Assembly (NCBI GenBank): GCA_049283735.1
Contig: JBAPWO010000071.1
Span: 19,221-83,220, forward strand
Direction of reading: 5' to 3'
From: Candidatus Dormiibacterota bacterium
GTDB taxonomy: Bacteria; Chloroflexota; Dormibacteria; Aeolococcales; Aeolococcaceae
Length of the DNA stretch: 64,000 bases
Under the pieces are notes generated by a model. It ran no database searches and had not been told where the DNA came from. It worked only from the letters and a program-made list of their open reading frames with translations. The position numbers were made by a program, and so were the translations under genes. Positions 19,883 to 31,277 of the stretch are shown one piece after another. Each line of letters opens with the position of its first letter. Position 1 is the first letter of the stretch.

Positions 19883-21007
19883 ATGAGTCCTGCCAGTCGC
19901 GGAGACATGGTCCGGCGGTCGTTCGCGGTCGGGGCCGTCGGCGCGGGGGCCGTGCTGTCCGTGCGAGCGCTGCTTCGCCCGCAGCTCAAGACGCAGCGAC
20001 GCCTGGTGGACTGGGCCGACGTCCGCCGCATCGCCATGTCGCGGGCCGGCGACGCCGGCGGTGGCGTCGCGATCAATGCCGAGGCGCTCGAGGCGGCGTA
20101 CTCGGAGATGGCCGAGCGGGTCGCGCCACTCCTGACCGAGGTCTGCCAGGTCCCGCTCAACGCCTATCCGCAATTCGTCGCGCTCGATCGTCGCGGCTTC
20201 ATCGACGCCAATCTCGGCATGGTGCAGCGCCTGCTTGCCCCGGTCGAGCGAATCCGCGCGACCGTCCCCGAGTCGCTCGCCACCGGCATGAGCCGGCGCG
20301 TGCTCGACCGGTACGTCGGGGAGCTGTTCGGACTGATGTCGCGGCGGGTCCTCGGCCAGTACGACCCGGTCCTCGACCTCGAGGACGTCCCCGGCGCCGC
20401 ACGCCAGGCGAGCGCGCTCTACCTCGTCGAGCCGAACATCGCCGGGATCGAGCGCGACCTCTCCCTCACCGGCGCCGACCTCCGCCCCTGGCTGATCCTT
20501 CACGAGCTCACCCACGCCTGGCAGTTCGAGCTCCATCCATGGCTGGGGCAGCACCTCGAGACCGTCATGCGCGGGCTGATGCTTGACGCGCTGTCCGCGG
20601 ACGGGGAGACGCTCCTCCCCTCGCGCCAGATGGTTCGCAAGCTCCCCGATACGGTGCGTCATCAGGTTCAGACCATCCGCCACGTTCAGGCGGTTATGAG
20701 CGTGCTCGAGGGGTACAGCAATTTCGTGATGCATCGCGCCGGGCGCACCGCGATTCGCGGATCAGACCGTCTCGAGGCAGCGATGCAACAGCGCCGGCGC
20801 CAGCGCGGGCCCGTCGAGCGTCTCGTCCTTGCGATCACCGGCCTGGAGTTGAAGATGCGCCAGTACGAGGTCGGCGAACAGTTCGCCGTCGGCGTCGTTG
20901 ATCGGGCCGGGCTGAGCGCGCTCAACCGAGTGTGGGAGTCCGCGGACATGATGCCGACGCTCGACGAGCTCCGCCATCCCGAACGGTGGCTGGCGCGGGC
21001 GGCCTGA
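19883..21007 (+). CDS. zinc-dependent metalloprotease-like hydrolase (DUF2342 family)
   Basis: LILHELTHAWQF (HExxH) inside a roughly 370-aa protein. The tracked ORF start (19358) overlaps the SDR gene, so I trimmed to the ATG at 19883. Confidence 0.7.
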   Translation: MSPASRGDMVRRSFAVGAVGAGAVLSVRALLRPQLKTQRRLVDWADVRRIAMSRAGDAGGGVAINAEALEAAYSEMAERVAPLLTEVCQVPLNAYPQFVALDRRGFIDANLGMVQRLLAPVERIRATVPESLATGMSRRVLDRYVGELFGLMSRRVLGQYDPVLDLEDVPGAARQASALYLVEPNIAGIERDLSLTGADLRPWLILHELTHAWQFELHPWLGQHLETVMRGLMLDALSADGETLLPSRQMVRKLPDTVRHQVQTIRHVQAVMSVLEGYSNFVMHRAGRTAIRGSDRLEAAMQQRRRQRGPVERLVLAITGLELKMRQYEVGEQFAVGVVDRAGLSALNRVWESADMMPTLDELRHPERWLARAA

Positions 21008-21010
21008 ACG

Positions 21011-21454
21011 ATGCCCGCAGCAGCGCCCACCACGGTCAAGGATCGCCTCGCAGCCCACGGACATCGGCTGACCCTCCAGCGAATGATCGTCGCCAGCGAG
21101 CTTGCCCGGACGCCGCACACGGTGAGCGCCCAGGAGCTGTACGACTCGCTCCGGGTCGAGCACCCACTACTGGGTCGGGCCACCGTCTTCCGGACCCTGG
21201 ATTTCCTGGTCGAGAACGGTCTCGCCCAGCGATTCGAGGCGGAGGGGCACATCCACGTTTACACCTCGTGCGCGGACAACCATCATCATCACCTCGTGTG
21301 CCGCATCTGCGCGTCGACCACGGAGATCGACGACACGGCGGTCGATCAGCTCATCGACGCGGTGCGCGGCGGGTACGGCTTCGCCCTCGACCACGCCGCC
21401 CTCGACTTCTACGGCACCTGCGCGGCCTGCGCGGCAGCGATCACAGGCCCCTAA
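21011..21454 (+). CDS. Fur-family transcriptional regulator (Fur/Zur/PerR)
   Basis: 147 aa. N-terminal winged HTH; CADNHHHHLVCRIC with a C-terminal CAAC metal-site pair. Confidence 0.85.
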   Translation: MPAAAPTTVKDRLAAHGHRLTLQRMIVASELARTPHTVSAQELYDSLRVEHPLLGRATVFRTLDFLVENGLAQRFEAEGHIHVYTSCADNHHHHLVCRICASTTEIDDTAVDQLIDAVRGGYGFALDHAALDFYGTCAACAAAITGP

Positions 21455-21499
21455 TCTCTCGAAAACAGGGGGTTCACGGGGGATTCCCCCGTGTGGCTC

Positions 21500-22459
21500 C
21501 TAGTAGATCGGGGTGAGCCAGGCCGCGTATTTTGGATCGCGCCCGGTGACGACCTGGTGGTACGTGTCCTGGACGCGATTCGTGAGCGGACCGGGTTCGC
21601 CGTCGCCGATACGCCTGCGGTCGATCTCGATCACCGGTGCGACCTGCGCTCCGGTGCCGACCAGGAACACCTCGTCGGCGATGTAGAGCTCCGAGCGATC
21701 GATCGACCGTTCGCGCACGTCGAGGCCGAGTTCCTCCCGGACCAGGTGCATCACGATTGCGCGGGTGATGCCTTCGAGAATGTTGTCCGAGGGTGGCGGT
21801 GTGATGATCTCGCCCTTGCGCACGATGAAAATGTTCTCGGCGCTGCCCTCGCAGACATGGCCGTCGCCGGAGAGCATGATCGCCTCGTCGAATCCGCTTT
21901 GCAGCGCTTCGCTCTTCGCCAGCGCGGAGTTCACGTACAACCCGGTGCACTTGGTCCGCACCGGCGCCATCGCATCGTCGATGCGACGCCATGACGAGAC
22001 CATGCAACGGATACCGCCGTTGCCGACGTACAGGCCCATCGGAGCGGTCACGATCGCGAAGCTGTCGGGAACGTCGTGGAGTTTCACGCCGATGATTTCG
22101 GCCGACTTGAAGGAGAGCGGCCGCACGTAGGTGTCTTCGCGGTACTCGTTGCGGCGCAGCAGATCGATGGTCGTCGCGACCAATTCCTCGACACTCCACG
22201 GAATCGTCATCAGCAGGGCACGCGTGTTCTGATGCATGCGCTCGAAGTGCTCGGCAAGGCTCAGCGCGAAAAGCTGCTCGCGGTCCGCGTTCCAATACGC
22301 GCGAATGCCCTCGAAAACGCCGGTTCCGTAGTTGAGCCCGTGGGTGAGCAGGCCGACCTTGGCGTCGGCGTAATGAACGATCTCGCCGTTGAAGAACACC
22401 CAGGACTTCTCCCGGAGCGACGTGGCCTCAGCGATGGGAACGGAAGCGGTCTGAGTCAT
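21500..22459 (-). CDS. ilvE: branched-chain amino acid aminotransferase
   Basis: MTQTASVPI... 319 aa, with LNYGTGVFEGIRAY and VGTGAQVAPV motifs of class-IV PLP aminotransferases. Trimmed from the tracked 413-aa ORF. Confidence 0.9.
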   Translation of the reverse strand: MTQTASVPIAEATSLREKSWVFFNGEIVHYADAKVGLLTHGLNYGTGVFEGIRAYWNADREQLFALSLAEHFERMHQNTRALLMTIPWSVEELVATTIDLLRRNEYREDTYVRPLSFKSAEIIGVKLHDVPDSFAIVTAPMGLYVGNGGIRCMVSSWRRIDDAMAPVRTKCTGLYVNSALAKSEALQSGFDEAIMLSGDGHVCEGSAENIFIVRKGEIITPPPSDNILEGITRAIVMHLVREELGLDVRERSIDRSELYIADEVFLVGTGAQVAPVIEIDRRRIGDGEPGPLTNRVQDTYHQVVTGRDPKYAAWLTPIY

Positions 22460-22610
22460 CAGCCACAGCCTACAACCATGCGCGTGGGAAACCGTTGCTC
22501 CTGCCCACCTCGCGGAACCCTTTGCTATGCTCGCGAGGTCCGGAAAGCCTGCCTGGAACGACGATCGAGGTCGAGCGGGGGGATCGCGACCCAGGGATAT
22601 TGGAGGAGTC

Positions 22611-24170
22611 ATGACCGACGTCATCAAGACCCATGCGGGCGCCCTTCCCGCGGCTCGCAATATCCGCTGGAACCCCTCCCCCGCGGAGCTGCGCGAGTTG
22701 ACGTCGCGGATGCCCAATGCCCGGCACACTGAGTTTGACAACTACAACGTTCAGACGAGGGTCGTCTCCCGAAGCAAGGCGAGCACCTACGTGGTCACCG
22801 ACCGGCCCGAAGAGCACTCCGACCAGACGATGAGTCGCGCCGACGGCGCGAAGATCGCGGAGCGCCAGGATGCGTACATCCGCGACCGGGAGATGCTGGT
22901 GGTCGACGGGTACATCGGCAACGATCCCGCCCAGCGCGTCGCGGCGCGCCTCTACATCGAAGCAGCGAATGCCAACATCGCCGGCATGCAGCACTGGCTC
23001 TACTTCGACTCCGAGAATCCGGGCGCCGATTTCGCACCCGTTCTGACCGTCATCTACACGCCCAACCTGGCCGCTCCTGGATATCCCGACGACCGGGTGA
23101 TCGCAGTGGATCTGGAAGCCGGTGTCACCCGCGTCCTGAACAGCGACTACTTCGGTGAGTCGAAGAAGGGCGGCCTGCGTATGTGGAACAAGCTCACCTA
23201 CGACCAGGGGGGCCTCTCGTTGCACGCGGGCTGCAAGGTCGTCCCCACCGCTCGCGGGGATCAGGCGCTATTGATCATCGGCCTCTCCGGCACCGGCAAG
23301 ACGACCACGACATTCACTCGACAGAACGACAGCAAACCGGTGCAGGACGACTTCGTCGGGCTGTACCCGGGCGGCCGCATCGTCGCAACCGAGAACGGAT
23401 GCTTCGCGAAGACGTTCGCGCTCGATCCGGAATTCGAGCCCACCATCTACGGCGCGGTCTGCAAACCCGAGGCGTACCTCGAGAATGTTTCGCAGAACGA
23501 TGCCGGCGTCGTCGACTTCTTCGACACCGCCTACACCCCAAACGGGCGGGCCGTCTTCCGCATGGACGCGCTGGGCTGGCACAAGGATGCGCGCGAGGTG
23601 CAGGCGGTGGACCACTTCCTGATCCTGAATCGCAACGACAACCTCATCCCAGGCGTTGCACGCCTCAATCGTGAGCAGGCAGCCCTCTACTTCATGCTCG
23701 GCGAGACCCGCGGAACATCGGCGGGTGGCAAGGAGGAGGCGGGCAAGTTCCTGCGGGTTCCAGGCACCAACCCCTTCTTCCCGCTTCGGCACGAGCAGCA
23801 GGGCAACCGGTTTCTCGAGCTCATGGACAGCAGCAACTTCCAGGTCTATCTGCTCAACACGGGCCGCGTCGGCGGGACCGACGAGGATGAGCGCGGCAAG
23901 AAGGTCTCCATCCCGTACTCGAGCGCGATCGTCAAGGCGATTTCGGAGGGCACCATCGAGTGGGAGTTGGATCCGGATTTCGGCTACGAGGTCGCGTCGG
24001 TACTGCCCGGTCTCGACGACTCGGAGATCCTTCAGCCCCGCAAGCTGTACGAGCGACAGGGCCGCGTCGAGGAATACCGAGCGCTGGTGGGGAAGCTCAA
24101 GGCGGACCGCCGCGCGTACCTCGCCACCTTCCCCGGTCTGCGTCAGGAGATCGTCGACGCCGTCGCGTGA
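22611..24170 (+). CDS. pckA: phosphoenolpyruvate carboxykinase (ATP)
   Basis: MTDVIKT with GGAGGAG upstream. Kinase-1a motif GLSGTGKTT; 519 aa, typical of ATP-type PEPCK. Confidence 0.9.
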   Translation: MTDVIKTHAGALPAARNIRWNPSPAELRELTSRMPNARHTEFDNYNVQTRVVSRSKASTYVVTDRPEEHSDQTMSRADGAKIAERQDAYIRDREMLVVDGYIGNDPAQRVAARLYIEAANANIAGMQHWLYFDSENPGADFAPVLTVIYTPNLAAPGYPDDRVIAVDLEAGVTRVLNSDYFGESKKGGLRMWNKLTYDQGGLSLHAGCKVVPTARGDQALLIIGLSGTGKTTTTFTRQNDSKPVQDDFVGLYPGGRIVATENGCFAKTFALDPEFEPTIYGAVCKPEAYLENVSQNDAGVVDFFDTAYTPNGRAVFRMDALGWHKDAREVQAVDHFLILNRNDNLIPGVARLNREQAALYFMLGETRGTSAGGKEEAGKFLRVPGTNPFFPLRHEQQGNRFLELMDSSNFQVYLLNTGRVGGTDEDERGKKVSIPYSSAIVKAISEGTIEWELDPDFGYEVASVLPGLDDSEILQPRKLYERQGRVEEYRALVGKLKADRRAYLATFPGLRQEIVDAVA

Positions 24171-24204
24171 GGCACTGATCACCGAGCCGGTCACCGCCGC
24201 CGAC

Positions 24205-24795
24205 GTGGTCGCGACCCGTGACCGCGTGCTCGGGTTCCTCCGGCCGCTGCGCGGTCGCGACTGGCAAGCGCGGGTGCCGGACCTGGAGTGGAATTGCGAA
24301 GAGACGCTGCGCCACGCGATCCACACCCAGCTTTTTTACGCTGCGCACCTCGCAAGCCGGGCGACGCGGCGGCTTGCCGTCTGGTGGGAGGTCGACTCCC
24401 GGGGCGACGTGGATGGACTGCTCGACAACCTCGAGGCGCAGACCTCGATCCTCGCAGCGGTGATTCGAGATGCGCCATCCGAGGCGCGCTCCTGGCACAA
24501 CTCGGGCATGACCGACCCGTCGGGGTACAGCGCCATGGCGTGCAGCGAATTGCTCATCCACACCTGGGATATCGGTCGCGGGCTCGATGTCCGGTTCGTG
24601 CTGCCTGGCGACCTCTGCGGCCGCGTCGTGGAGCGTCTCTTCCCGATGTGGCTCCCGATCGACGCGGCCTCCGAGGACGCGCTGCTCTGGTGCAACGGTC
24701 GGATCGAGCTCCCGGATCGACCGCGGCTCGGCCCCGACTGGGGATGGTGGTCGAGGCCCCTCGACGAGTGGGACGGGACCGACCCGGACGCCTGA
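24205..24795 (+). CDS. mycothiol-dependent maleylpyruvate-isomerase-like N-terminal domain (DinB_2/TIGR03083) family protein
   Basis: Downstream of pckA in a long open frame with no in-frame ATG before MTDPSG. GTG at 24205 chosen as a nominal start (another candidate at 24175). WHNSGMTDPSGYSAMACSELLIHTWDIGRGL is typical of the family. Confidence 0.5.
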   Translation: MVATRDRVLGFLRPLRGRDWQARVPDLEWNCEETLRHAIHTQLFYAAHLASRATRRLAVWWEVDSRGDVDGLLDNLEAQTSILAAVIRDAPSEARSWHNSGMTDPSGYSAMACSELLIHTWDIGRGLDVRFVLPGDLCGRVVERLFPMWLPIDAASEDALLWCNGRIELPDRPRLGPDWGWWSRPLDEWDGTDPDA

Positions 24796-24811
24796 CCGGC
24801 TCCGACCGTCG

Positions 24812-25450
24812 TCAGCCGTCGTGGCAGAAATGCACCCTCACCGGCATCAGCGCCTTGAGGCCGGTGAGCGAGTCACGCCAGGCGTCGGCATCGGCGGCCT
24901 GACCGTCGGGCAGGTTCGCCATATCCGGGTGATTCCAGATCGCACGGGTGTATGCCGCGTCGCCGATGAACAGCTCGGTCCCCAGCTGCGTGGTCGCGAC
25001 CACCGACTGATGCCCCGAGGTATGCCCGGGCGTGGTCGCGATACGCAGGTCTGAGGCCAGCGCGAGGTCGCCATCCATGAGCTCGAACGCCATGCCCGAC
25101 GCTTCGATCCAGTCGGTGACTTCGTCGCGCTCCCGAAAGATCCGTTCGTGCTCGGAGCGCTGCACCATCAGCGGCGCGTGCGCGAATGCCGGGTTCTGCC
25201 CGCAGTGATCGAAGTGCAGGTGCGTGTTGATCACCATGGTCACGTCGATCGGCGCGAGCCCATGGTCGGCAAGAGCGTCGGCGACGGTGCGGTTGACCAC
25301 CTTGAAATATCGCAGCACCTCGTCAGGACCGCCGCATCCCGTGTCGACGAGGATGACGCCGAGCTGATCGTGCACGATGACGTAGCCGTGCACGGGCCAC
25401 TCATGGGTCGTGACCACAAGATGGCCAAGGTCGAGGCGCTTGATCTCCAT
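24812..25450 (-). CDS. MBL-fold metallo-hydrolase (AHL-lactonase-like)
   Basis: THLHFDHCG zinc-binding motif (HxHxDH); 212 aa. Confidence 0.8.
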   Translation of the reverse strand: MEIKRLDLGHLVVTTHEWPVHGYVIVHDQLGVILVDTGCGGPDEVLRYFKVVNRTVADALADHGLAPIDVTMVINTHLHFDHCGQNPAFAHAPLMVQRSEHERIFRERDEVTDWIEASGMAFELMDGDLALASDLRIATTPGHTSGHQSVVATTQLGTELFIGDAAYTRAIWNHPDMANLPDGQAADADAWRDSLTGLKALMPVRVHFCHDG

Positions 25451-25475
25451 GCCGTGCTCCTTTCGATGTGGTCGC

Positions 25476-26258
25476 TCAGGCCGCGATCCGTCCCCACAGC
25501 AGGATCCGCTTGAACGGGTAGAAGTACGGCCGCTGATCGCCGAGTGCCGCGTTCAACCGCTCGCGGTAGCGTGCGACAAACTCCGCGTACATCGCCTCCG
25601 GCATGCGCGACTCGTAATCGGTCAGGAGCGTGCCCCGGACCCACTCCACGACGGCGTCGGGCGATTCGAGCACGTGGCCGTACACCTGCAGGCGCACCGA
25701 TTGCCCGACGAACCCGAGCTCGTGGAGCAGCGCCGCATACTCCTCCGGCCGCAAGACCGCGAACGTCCGAACGTATCCCCGCATCGCGCCGGCGAACGGC
25801 TGCTCGCGAGCGGTCTCGGCCGCGAGCGTATGGGAGACGTGATCGAAATTGGCGGGCACCTGCACGGCGAGCTCGCCACCGGGCACGAGCATCGCTTTCA
25901 GGCGCGCAAACAGCGCCGGATGATCGCCAACCCACTGCAGCGCCGCGTTGGAGAAGACGACATCAAGAGGCGCGGTCGGCCGCCATGCACCGATGTCGCC
26001 GCGCTCGAACGCCAGCCCTTCGACCTCGAGCGTGCGCGCACGCTCGAGCATCGCCTCCGACGAATCGACACCGAGCGTCTCCTCCGCGCCGAGCTCGCGG
26101 TGCAGCGCCGCGGTGAGGACGCCGGTACCACATCCAAGGTCGACGATGCGACGATCTGGGCGTCTGGTGATGAGCGCGACCAGGTCGTGAAAAGGTTGCT
26201 CGCGTTCGGCGCGAAAACGCTCGTACTGCGTGGGGTTCCAGGTGTCGCGCGCGGTCAT
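25476..26258 (-). CDS. tam: trans-aconitate 2-methyltransferase-like SAM-dependent methyltransferase
   Basis: MTARDTWNPTQYERF..., with the SAM-binding motif VDLGCGTG. Trimmed from the 823-aa tracked ORF. Confidence 0.75.
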   Translation of the reverse strand: MTARDTWNPTQYERFRAEREQPFHDLVALITRRPDRRIVDLGCGTGVLTAALHRELGAEETLGVDSSEAMLERARTLEVEGLAFERGDIGAWRPTAPLDVVFSNAALQWVGDHPALFARLKAMLVPGGELAVQVPANFDHVSHTLAAETAREQPFAGAMRGYVRTFAVLRPEEYAALLHELGFVGQSVRLQVYGHVLESPDAVVEWVRGTLLTDYESRMPEAMYAEFVARYRERLNAALGDQRPYFYPFKRILLWGRIAA

Positions 26259-26278
26259 GCGACGAGCAGCGAGACAGG

Positions 26279-27848
26279 CATGGAAGTCGTGGACATCGGC
26301 GGACAGGATAGCGTTGCCCTGGTGCGATCCAGAGCGTGGACGGGGCTTGCCGTCGGCGTGGCGCTCGGTGCCGCCACCGGGTGCACCGCAACCCCAGCGG
26401 CTCCGACCACCGCTCCGCTCACCCCGGGACCGACCGCGACCACGCTCGCGGCTCCCGCGCCTCCACCGCTCACGCTCCCACCGGTGCGCCCGCTTGTCTT
26501 CAGATCCTGTGCAGGCGCTGATGGCATGCAGTGCTCGACGATGACCGTGCCGGTCGACTACGCGGAACCAAGCGGTTCGACCATCGCGATCGCGGTTGCG
26601 CGGCTGCCTGCCGTCGCCAGGCATTCGAGCGGCTCGATCATCGTGAACCCCGGGGGGCCGGGCGAGTCCGGTATCGACTACCTGGAAGCGGCGGCGAGCC
26701 AGTTCGCGGCGCTGCGCGCCTCCTACGACATCGTGTCGTTCGACCCACGCGGTACGGGCCGAAGCGAGCCGGCACGATGCCTGGCACCGTCGGACCTCGA
26801 CGCGTATTTCGCATTCGACCCCATCGACACGGCCGCTGCGAATCAGCAGGCCATCGAGACGCTCTCGCAGCGGTTCGCCGCGGGGTGCCTGGCCCGGAAC
26901 GGCCGGCGGCTGCTGTTCCTCGGCACCCAGTACGTCGCCCGCGACCTCGAGGAGTTGCGTCGCGCGCTCGGCGAGCCGAAGCTCACCTACCTCGGCTTGA
27001 GCTATGGCACCTACCTCGGCGAGGTGTACGCGTCGCTGTACCCCCAGAACGTGCGCGCGATGGTGCTCGACGGCGTCGTGAACCCAGCCCTCCCGCTCCT
27101 GACAGAGGGCGAACAGCAGGCCGCCGCGTTCGAGCGCGACCTCCGCGACTTCGACTCGGGGTGCGCACGAGACTGCGGATTCTCGGGCTCGCCCGGTTCG
27201 ACGATCGCGCAGGTGCTGGCCAAGGCTGCCGCGGATCCCCTGCAGGTGAACGGGCGGTCGCTCATCCGCGGTGAGGCGCTCACCGGCATCATCGCCTACC
27301 TCTACCAGCCTGCCGAAGACCGCAACCCGGAAAGCGCCCTCGCAAACGCGCTGACCCAGGCGGCGGGTGGCAACGCGGACCTGCTGCTCCGCTCCGCCGA
27401 CAGCTACGCGGGCCGCCTCGCCAACGGCACGTACTCCCCGGTCTCCGAGGCAAACGCATCGATTGCGTGCGCGGACAAGCCGGCTCCCACGACGACTGCC
27501 ACGTACGTGACCGAGGCAGCGCGAATGAACACCGTCGATCCGCACTTCGGCGCCGCTGTGGTGTGGGGCCTCCTCGTCTGCGCGTACTGGCCCTTCCAAC
27601 CGCCGCCTCCCACCTTCCACACGGTCGGCGCGGTGCCGCTGCTGCTGGTCGGCGCCACCGGCGACCCCGCCACACCCTACGCGTGGGCGAGCGGCACTCT
27701 GCCGTATTTCCCGGGATCGGTGCTCCTGACCCGCGACGGCGATGGGCACGTGTCCTTCGGCAAGAGTCGATGCGCCGACGCGTACGAGGCCGCGTACCTC
27801 ACGCGGCTCGTGCTGCCGCCACCCGACGCGATATGCCCGACGGACTGA
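26279..27848 (+). CDS. secreted/lipoprotein alpha/beta-hydrolase (tripeptidyl-aminopeptidase-like, S33)
   Basis: Signal peptide with a lipobox-like LGAATGC. GLSYGTYLG nucleophile elbow. Trimmed from the 812-aa tracked ORF. Confidence 0.7.
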
Positions 27849-27910
27849 CGCCCGAGCCGGGCATGCCCGACCCGGGGCTGATCCCCGAAGGCGACCCGAA
27901 GACCGCGCCG

Positions 27911-29161
27911 ATGCGCCGGCCGATCGCGACCCGAGCCTTTCGTTCACTCGCGGTCGACGCGCGGTCGCTGCGCGAGTCGCGACCGTTTCGCCGGCTCTGG
28001 ATCGGCCAGCTCATCTCCCTGGTCGGACGCCAGATCACCCTGGTCGCGGTGCCGTTCCAGGTGTACTCGCTGACTCGCTCCGCGCTGGATGTCGGCCTGC
28101 TGGGCATCGTCCAGGCGGTGCCGCTGATCTGCGGCTCCCTCGGCGGCGGAGCGATCGCCGACCGCTTCGACCGCCGTCGCGTTCTGATCGTGACCCAGCT
28201 CGGCCTCGCCTCGTGCTCCGGGCTGCTCGCCCTTGGGGCGTTCATCAGCAATCCCCCGCTCCTCGAGATCTACGCCGTCGTGGCGGTGGCGGCGCTGGTC
28301 GGGGCCGTCGACGCTCCGACTCGCACCGCGATCATTCCGAACCTCGTCGGCGTCGACCGGCTGGCCGGAGCGCTCTCGCTCAACATCGTGCTGTTTCAGA
28401 CCACCTTGGTTGCCGGCCCGGCGATCGGCGGGCTGGTGATCGCTCACCTGGGTCTTCCGGCAGCGTATGCCGTCGACGTGGTCACGTTCAGCGCGGCGCT
28501 CACCGCGGTTGCGCTGCTACCACCACAGGGTCGCTCGTCGTCGGAGCGTGAACGTCCGGTGGCGGCCATCGTGCGCGGCCTGAGCTTCGCGCGCCGCCAG
28601 CCGGTGATCCTCGGCGGGTTCGCGATGGATCTTGCCGCGATGATCTTCGGCCTCCCGCGCGCGGTGTTCCCGGTGCTCGCGGCGACCACGTTCCACGCCG
28701 GTCCGCAGGGTCTCGGTCTGCTCTACGCAGCCCCAGGATTGGGAGCGGTGATCGCCGCACTGGCGAGCGGGGCGGTGGCTCGGTCGAAGCGACTCGGGCG
28801 CATCATCGTGATCGCGATCGTGGCCTGGGGCCTGGTCATCATCGCCTTCGGATTCGCGCAGACGCTGTGGCTCGCGCTGCTGCTGCTCGCCGTCGCCGGT
28901 GGCGCGGACAGTCTCAGCGCGGTCTGCCGGACGACGATCATGCAAAGGATCGCTCCCGACGAACTGCGCGGCCGGCTGACCTCGCTGTACTTCATGGTGG
29001 TCGCCGGAGGTCCGTACCTCGGTGACGTCGAGACCGGCATCGTGGCGAACGCGCTCGGTGCCCAGGTTGCGATCGTGACCGGCGGAGCCCTGTGCCTCGT
29101 CGGGCTCGGCGCGGCGGCGGTCGCGTTCCCGTCGGTGTGGCGCTATCGGACCGACGCCTGA
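27911..29161 (+). CDS. MFS transporter (EntS/enterobactin-exporter-like)
   Basis: Twelve predicted TM segments; GxLaDRxGRR-type motif [14 protein letters not shown]. An alternative ATG at 27833 would add 26 aa. Confidence 0.8.
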   Translation: MRRPIATRAFRSLAVDARSLRESRPFRRLWIGQLISLVGRQITLVAVPFQVYSLTRSALDVGLLGIVQAVPLICGSLGGGAIADRFDRRRVLIVTQLGLASCSGLLALGAFISNPPLLEIYAVVAVAALVGAVDAPTRTAIIPNLVGVDRLAGALSLNIVLFQTTLVAGPAIGGLVIAHLGLPAAYAVDVVTFSAALTAVALLPPQGRSSSERERPVAAIVRGLSFARRQPVILGGFAMDLAAMIFGLPRAVFPVLAATTFHAGPQGLGLLYAAPGLGAVIAALASGAVARSKRLGRIIVIAIVAWGLVIIAFGFAQTLWLALLLLAVAGGADSLSAVCRTTIMQRIAPDELRGRLTSLYFMVVAGGPYLGDVETGIVANALGAQVAIVTGGALCLVGLGAAAVAFPSVWRYRTDA

Positions 29162-29265
29162 CGGTTGTCGTATCGATCACATCCTTTCGCTCGGACGGCG
29201 AGGAAAAGGCGCTGTGCGCACGCGGTCCGCCCGGAGTGGGCGGCCCGTGTATCGTCCGAGGCCGC

Positions 29266-30507
29266 ATGCCAAATCCGGATCTGACCGACGTCGGCTCCAT
29301 GCCGCGCCTTGGCGAGGTCCCCGCACGGATGCACGCGCAGGTGATCCGACCCGAGCGCTACGGGGATCCTCAGACCGCGTTCGTCGTCGAATCGGTGGCG
29401 ACGCCGCGTCCGGGGCCCGGACAGGTTCTTGTCTACGTGATGGCCGCGGGCGTCAACTACAACAACGTCTGGGCCGCGCTCGGTCGACCGGTCGACGTCG
29501 TGGCCGCGCGCCGGAAGGCCGGTGAGAGCGAGGATTTCCACATCGGCGGCAGCGATGCCTCGGGCATCGTCTGGGCGGTCGGCGAGGGGGTTGACGGCGT
29601 TCGCGTCGGCGACCATGTCGTGGCCCATTGCGGGGTCTGGGACTCCGCCGACCCGTGGATAACCTCCGGCGGCGACCCGATCATCGCGCCGAGCGCGCGG
29701 ATCTGGGGGTACGAGACCAATTGGGGGAGTTTCGCCCAGTACACGCTCGTCCAGGCACACCAACTGCTCCCCAAGTCGGCACACCTGAGCTGGGCCGCAG
29801 CCGCCGCGTGCACGCTGGTCGGGGCGACCGCGTATCGCATGCTCTGCTCATGGCAGCCGCACACCGTCGCCGAGAACGACGTCGTCCTGATCTGGGGGGG
29901 CTCGGGCGGCCTCGGCTCACAGGCGATCCAGATCGCGAAGGCCAAGGGCGCGATCCCGATCGCGGTGACATCGGGTCCGGAGCGGGGCCGCTACTGCATC
30001 GACCTCGGGGCGCGCGGCTTCATCGACCGGCGCGAGTTCTCCCACTGGGGCGTGATCCCCGACTGGCGGGACGACGCGGCGTTCGCCACCTGGACCGCGG
30101 GCGCCCGAGCATTCGGCGCCGCCGTGTGGGACGTGCTGGGCGAACGCCGGAATCCGAGGATCGTTTTCGAGCACCCGGGTGAGGACACCATCCCGACATC
30201 GATCTTCGTCTGCGACAACGGCGGCATGGTGGTCATCTGCGCGGGTACGACCGGGTACCACGCGGCGGTGGATCTACGCTATCTCTGGATGCGGCAGAAG
30301 CGGCTCCAGGGCTCGCACTTCGCCAACGACAACGAGTGCGCCGAGTTCAACGCGATGGTGACCAGCGGCGAGGTCGACCCCTGCCTTTCGAGAACATTCG
30401 CGTTCGATGAGGTCGGTCTTGCGCATCAGCTGATGCGCGAGAACCGCCACCCGATGGGCAACATGTCGGTGCTGGTCGGCGCGCGCGACGCGGAGCAGCG
30501 CGACTGA
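29266..30507 (+). CDS. ccr: crotonyl-CoA carboxylase/reductase
   Basis: MPNPDLTD..., with the zinc-free MDR-superfamily fold: [28 protein letters not shown] (NADPH site), 413 aa. Confidence 0.75.
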   Translation: MPNPDLTDVGSMPRLGEVPARMHAQVIRPERYGDPQTAFVVESVATPRPGPGQVLVYVMAAGVNYNNVWAALGRPVDVVAARRKAGESEDFHIGGSDASGIVWAVGEGVDGVRVGDHVVAHCGVWDSADPWITSGGDPIIAPSARIWGYETNWGSFAQYTLVQAHQLLPKSAHLSWAAAAACTLVGATAYRMLCSWQPHTVAENDVVLIWGGSGGLGSQAIQIAKAKGAIPIAVTSGPERGRYCIDLGARGFIDRREFSHWGVIPDWRDDAAFATWTAGARAFGAAVWDVLGERRNPRIVFEHPGEDTIPTSIFVCDNGGMVVICAGTTGYHAAVDLRYLWMRQKRLQGSHFANDNECAEFNAMVTSGEVDPCLSRTFAFDEVGLAHQLMRENRHPMGNMSVLVGARDAEQRD

Positions 30508-30508
30508 T

Positions 30509-31216
30509 CTATCGCTGCGAGGCGAGGTACACGAGCGCGGCCTTGACACGACGATGCACGTCCGGCTCTTCGGAGAGGTCGAGCTTCGAGAAGATCGCGT
30601 TGATGTGCTTCTCGACCGCGCGCTCGGTGAGAAACAGCGCGGCCGCGATGCCCGCGTTGTTCTTGCCCATCGCAACCTGCTGGAGCACGTCACGCTCGCG
30701 CGGTGTGAGCTGCGCGATCGGCGAGTCGCGCACGGCGGTGCGGGCCGCGACCAGCACTTCGACGACCCGCGGGTCGATGACCGACCCACCGCGAGCCACC
30801 TCGCGGACCGCGCCGACGAGCTGATCGATGTCGGAAACGCGCTCCTTGAGCAGGTATGCTCGGCCGCTCGCGCCCTTCTCGAGCAGCGCGAGCGCGTACT
30901 CCGGCTCGGCGTACTGACTGAGCACGACAACCCCGACCTGGGGACGCTCGGCGCGAAGGCGCTCGGCGGCGCGCAGGCCCTCGTCGGTCCCGGTCGGTGG
31001 CATGCGGATATCGGTGATCACGACCGCCGGGCTATGCTCCTCGATGGCGTGCTCGAGTTCGGGAAGGTCGACGCAGGAGGCCACAAGCTCCACCTCGTCG
31101 GACGTTTCCAGAAGTTGCCGGATGCCCTCTCTGAGCAGGTAGTTGTCCTCGGCGAGGACCACGCGGATCGGCACACAGAGAGGATAGGGTGCGCCCGCGC
31201 CGGGTGCCTGCATCAC
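30509..31216 (-). CDS. NarL/FixJ (LuxR-type) response regulator
   Basis: REC domain VVLAEDNYLL...VVITDIRMPP and a C-terminal LuxR HTH LTPRERDVLQQVAMGKNNAGIAAALFLTERAVEKH. Confidence 0.85.
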   Translation of the reverse strand: MMQAPGAGAPYPLCVPIRVVLAEDNYLLREGIRQLLETSDEVELVASCVDLPELEHAIEEHSPAVVITDIRMPPTGTDEGLRAAERLRAERPQVGVVVLSQYAEPEYALALLEKGASGRAYLLKERVSDIDQLVGAVREVARGGSVIDPRVVEVLVAARTAVRDSPIAQLTPRERDVLQQVAMGKNNAGIAAALFLTERAVEKHINAIFSKLDLSEEPDVHRRVKAALVYLASQR

Positions 31217-31277
31217 CGCATCGGTGAGGCAAGTACGCTTGCCACTTCTCCGCCGCCGGGATACCGTGCGAGTTGCA

